Part shown: positions 61,383 to 64,000 of the stretch, in pieces
Layout: each line of letters starts with the position of its first letter
Position numbering within the stretch: the first letter of the stretch is position 1
Assembly (NCBI RefSeq): GCF_964355755.1
Contig: NC_092679.1
Location: forward strand, 18,397,432-18,461,431
Direction: 5' to 3'
DNA length: 64,000 nt
DNA from: Antedon mediterranea
Taxonomy: Eukaryota; Animalia; Echinodermata
Position numbers and translations under genes: made by a program
The notes under the pieces: generated by a model
What the model was told of the DNA's origin: nothing
What the model saw: only the letters and a program-made list of their open reading frames with translations
Databases searched by the model: none

Positions 61383-61999
61383 TTAAGTCTTATAATTTTA
61401 GCTTAGCCACTCTCTGGCAGGAAAATCAATTTTTTTTTTTTTATTGGTTTTAAATTAATTTTTCAATTATTAATGGTTTCTCAAATTCTGTATTATTATA
61501 TTTGTGTACACAATACAAAAATGTCAAATATAATAAAAACGACACTATATTTCAACATACATGGCTAGATAAAAGTTGTTTACACATGTTTCCATGGCAA
61601 CATTCTCTAGTATAATGACTAGCTTTAGCAATCTCTGGCATGGTATTGATATATTATATCAAGTCTATATTAACAAATACATATTATTATATTAAACTAT
61701 CTTATTCTATGCTAGTGGGCTAGTAAGCAAAATGACTGTGCCAATAAGAATCCCCAGTCATTATTTTCATTACCAGTCTTTTATTTATTTTATTAAATTA
61801 TAAAATAAATTATTACTTTATTAGAACTTTAGTTATTGTTGGCTGTGTAGGATTAAAAAAAAAATATTGGTAATAATGATTTCCTACTAAATTTCCTAAA
61901 AGATTTATAAACATATTTAGATACTTTTGTGCAATTATTAGTTCTGTGGAATTTTGGAATTATTTAAAGATACTATTAGAAATGTTTTTATGTTTTATA

Positions 62000-62230
62000 A
62001 GGAGATTGTGAAAAGAAAGTTAGCCTACTTTGGCCACATCATAAGAGGAAAGCGGCATTGCACTAACACTGCAGACATTAGAAGGAAAGGTAGACAGGAA
62101 GAGAAAGAAAAGAACGTCAAAGAATGGACAGGATTGAATTTAGTGCAAACCAAGCTTCTTACTCACAGACCTGCTTGGAAGAAAGAGATAAGATGTGGAC
62201 AGATGGTAGCCAATTGTCAGTATTGACGGC
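62000..62230 (+). mobile_element. Decayed 3' fragment of an RTE-type LINE
   Basis: KRKLAYFGHIIRG...VKEWTGLNL...HRPAWK resembles the RTE ORF C-terminus. Confidence 0.7.
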
Positions 62231-62287
62231 GGCCGAACTTGATGTTTAATTACATGTGGTTGCTATCAATTGACATAGGCTTCTTGG

Positions 62288-62396
62288 CAGTGGCGTAGCG
62301 GCTACGAGTGCTCACTGGTTAAATTCAGGGGTCTCAGAGCTTAAGAGGCCCCATGCAATTACCCATCATTGGAGGGCCCCTTGTGTTACGGCACTG
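62288..62396. mobile_element. Short CAGTGGCGTA-terminated MITE (hAT-like); related pieces at ~6025-6171 and 36577-36595
   Basis: CAGTGGCGTAGC...GTTACGGCACTG termini. The internal GGCTACGAGTGCTCACTGGTTAAATTCAGGGG is shared with 6026-6058. Confidence 0.6.
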
Positions 62397-62943
62397 CTTC
62401 TCTGGAGAATGGCTATAGCAACACAAATATTAAGCAGTGACTCTCCAATAGACTTTCCAGACTACACTTCCAAACATGAATCCACTTGAATCCACTTGGC
62501 CAAGATGTGTTTTAAACAAAAATTCAGAGTATTTTTAATATGATTTTATCTTCTGAATTTACTTGTATTGTTTAGGCATATACCTTGTGTATTGTTTTAT
62601 CTTGTTTTTGATTTAAATGTTTTTATATTGTTGTAAATGTACTTTGATTTATTGGTGACTTATTAAGTAACGGTTCTTTTGAAATGAAAAACTAACATGG
62701 TTAATAACAAAAATAAACTAAAGGCCTTATTATCAGTATAGTATGGTGGGTGGATTGACCGGTAGGAGCTAAAAAAAATTAGTTTATCATACTGTACCAC
62801 ATTCTAAAATTTTACACATATTTAAGAGCATTGTTTGCAATGAAATGCTTAAGATATTTAGCCATTTTAGCGACGTCATTTACACATAGTAACACCAAAA
62901 AGAAATATTTACTAAGGTCAAACTGGAGGTAAAAAATGGAGTA

Positions 62944-63268
62944 CCGTAAATGATAGAACAAGCGCCACCAAGCTTACGATATTTATTCAACTGCCATGTT
63001 TAATTTAATAATGTATTTCCATAACAGACACATGAGCGGTATCATGTCTAGCGACAATAAACATAATGCAGTATCGTGTCTTCTGACAGCAAACTTCATC
63101 CCATACTGTAGTTTTCTGACAGATTATATAGGTTAAGTTCATATTTATGAGTTAGGTGGTATGGTCTTGTCGCAGCTAACACACACAATACATGAGAATC
63201 GGCTAAATTTTTTAATGGTTTTATCATAGTTAATTGTAGGACTTCAGTGTTTGTTCGATCATTTACGA
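62944..63268. mobile_element. Tc1/mariner-type MITE
   Basis: TA-CCGTAAATGATAGAACAA ... TTGTTCGATCATTTACGA-TA. Confidence 0.75.
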
Positions 63269-63839
63269 TATTAGCCCAATGGTGGGTTCAGATTTGTACC
63301 TATTTCTAATATTTTTTTCAAGTATTCTCAATCTTTGTTTTAATTACCATTAATTGTTTTTATGGTATCACTATATATACTACACTGATTTGCTAAAAAG
63401 TGCCAATTAATTCAAAATGTTATTTAAAAAAAATTCTATTTTCAATGGAAATTAAAGACAAAGAATTAATTATTATCACAACATATTGTCAGCTAAGACA
63501 CTTCTTAAAATAAGTAGGACTATATTACATTAAATTATTAATTTAAAAACATGTATAATTAATAATAATAATACTAATAATAGAATAGATTAATAATTTA
63601 AAAATTCCTATCCAAGAACAGGGTACAGGTCTATAAACAGGTTGGGAAAAAATATACAAACATATCAAGATTCAGTTATATTATATTCAATTGAATAATT
63701 CCTATACTATTTTTGTCTTCTATATATATCAAATTAAACAATATCCTAGAATTTCTACGTTATTGAGACAATTATGTGCATTTTCTATAATTTGTCTATT
63801 TCGATCGTCGTCGTATATATATTCAGATACAGTCAGAGG

Positions 63840-63921
63840 TCACAACCCAATCTGAACTTGTTTAAAATACAGTACTGGGCCTTCAGTAAGATTCATATTC
63901 CGAAAGATGTCAATCATATGA
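63840..63921 (-). CDS. Possible terminal coding exon of a gene entering from beyond the right edge
   Basis: TTTGTTTACAG acceptor, then open HMIDIFRNMNLTEGPVLYFKQVQIGL*. It is short and no family is recognised. Confidence 0.35.
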
Positions 63922-64000
63922 CTGTAAACAAATGTCTTTCGTTAACTTCGTATTTTTTTTTTCCTCATAAGGCTAAATATCGGGAAGTCTTTAGTAAACC

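Overview
AT-rich, intron-containing animal genomic DNA, not prokaryotic. A marine invertebrate such as an echinoderm is my inference from composition and repeat content. The left 44 kb holds six spliced or single-exon genes in three head-to-head pairs: an atypical bZIP-like gene (-) with Churchill/CHURC1 (+); TRMT6 (-) with a 500-aa orphan ORF (+); and a membrane-anchored M14 zinc carboxypeptidase (-) with a very large TANGO1/MIA3 (+). Partial genes probably lie at both window edges. About 44.9-57.9 kb is a 13-kb satellite built from two palindromic modules with kb-scale higher-order repeats, and the right end is a MITE/LINE-remnant field. Most notable are: (1) a 5.9-kb frame-symmetric exon in the TANGO1 lumenal region carrying about 25 copies of a C-x15-C repeat I do not recognise; (2) minimal type I hammerhead ribozymes, two in the last TRMT6 intron (one intact and sense to the pre-mRNA) and a decayed copy in a TANGO1 intron; (3) the alternating-inversion structure of the satellite; (4) a bZIP whose zipper leucines are replaced by alanines. 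All gene models were spliced by hand and no database search was run.
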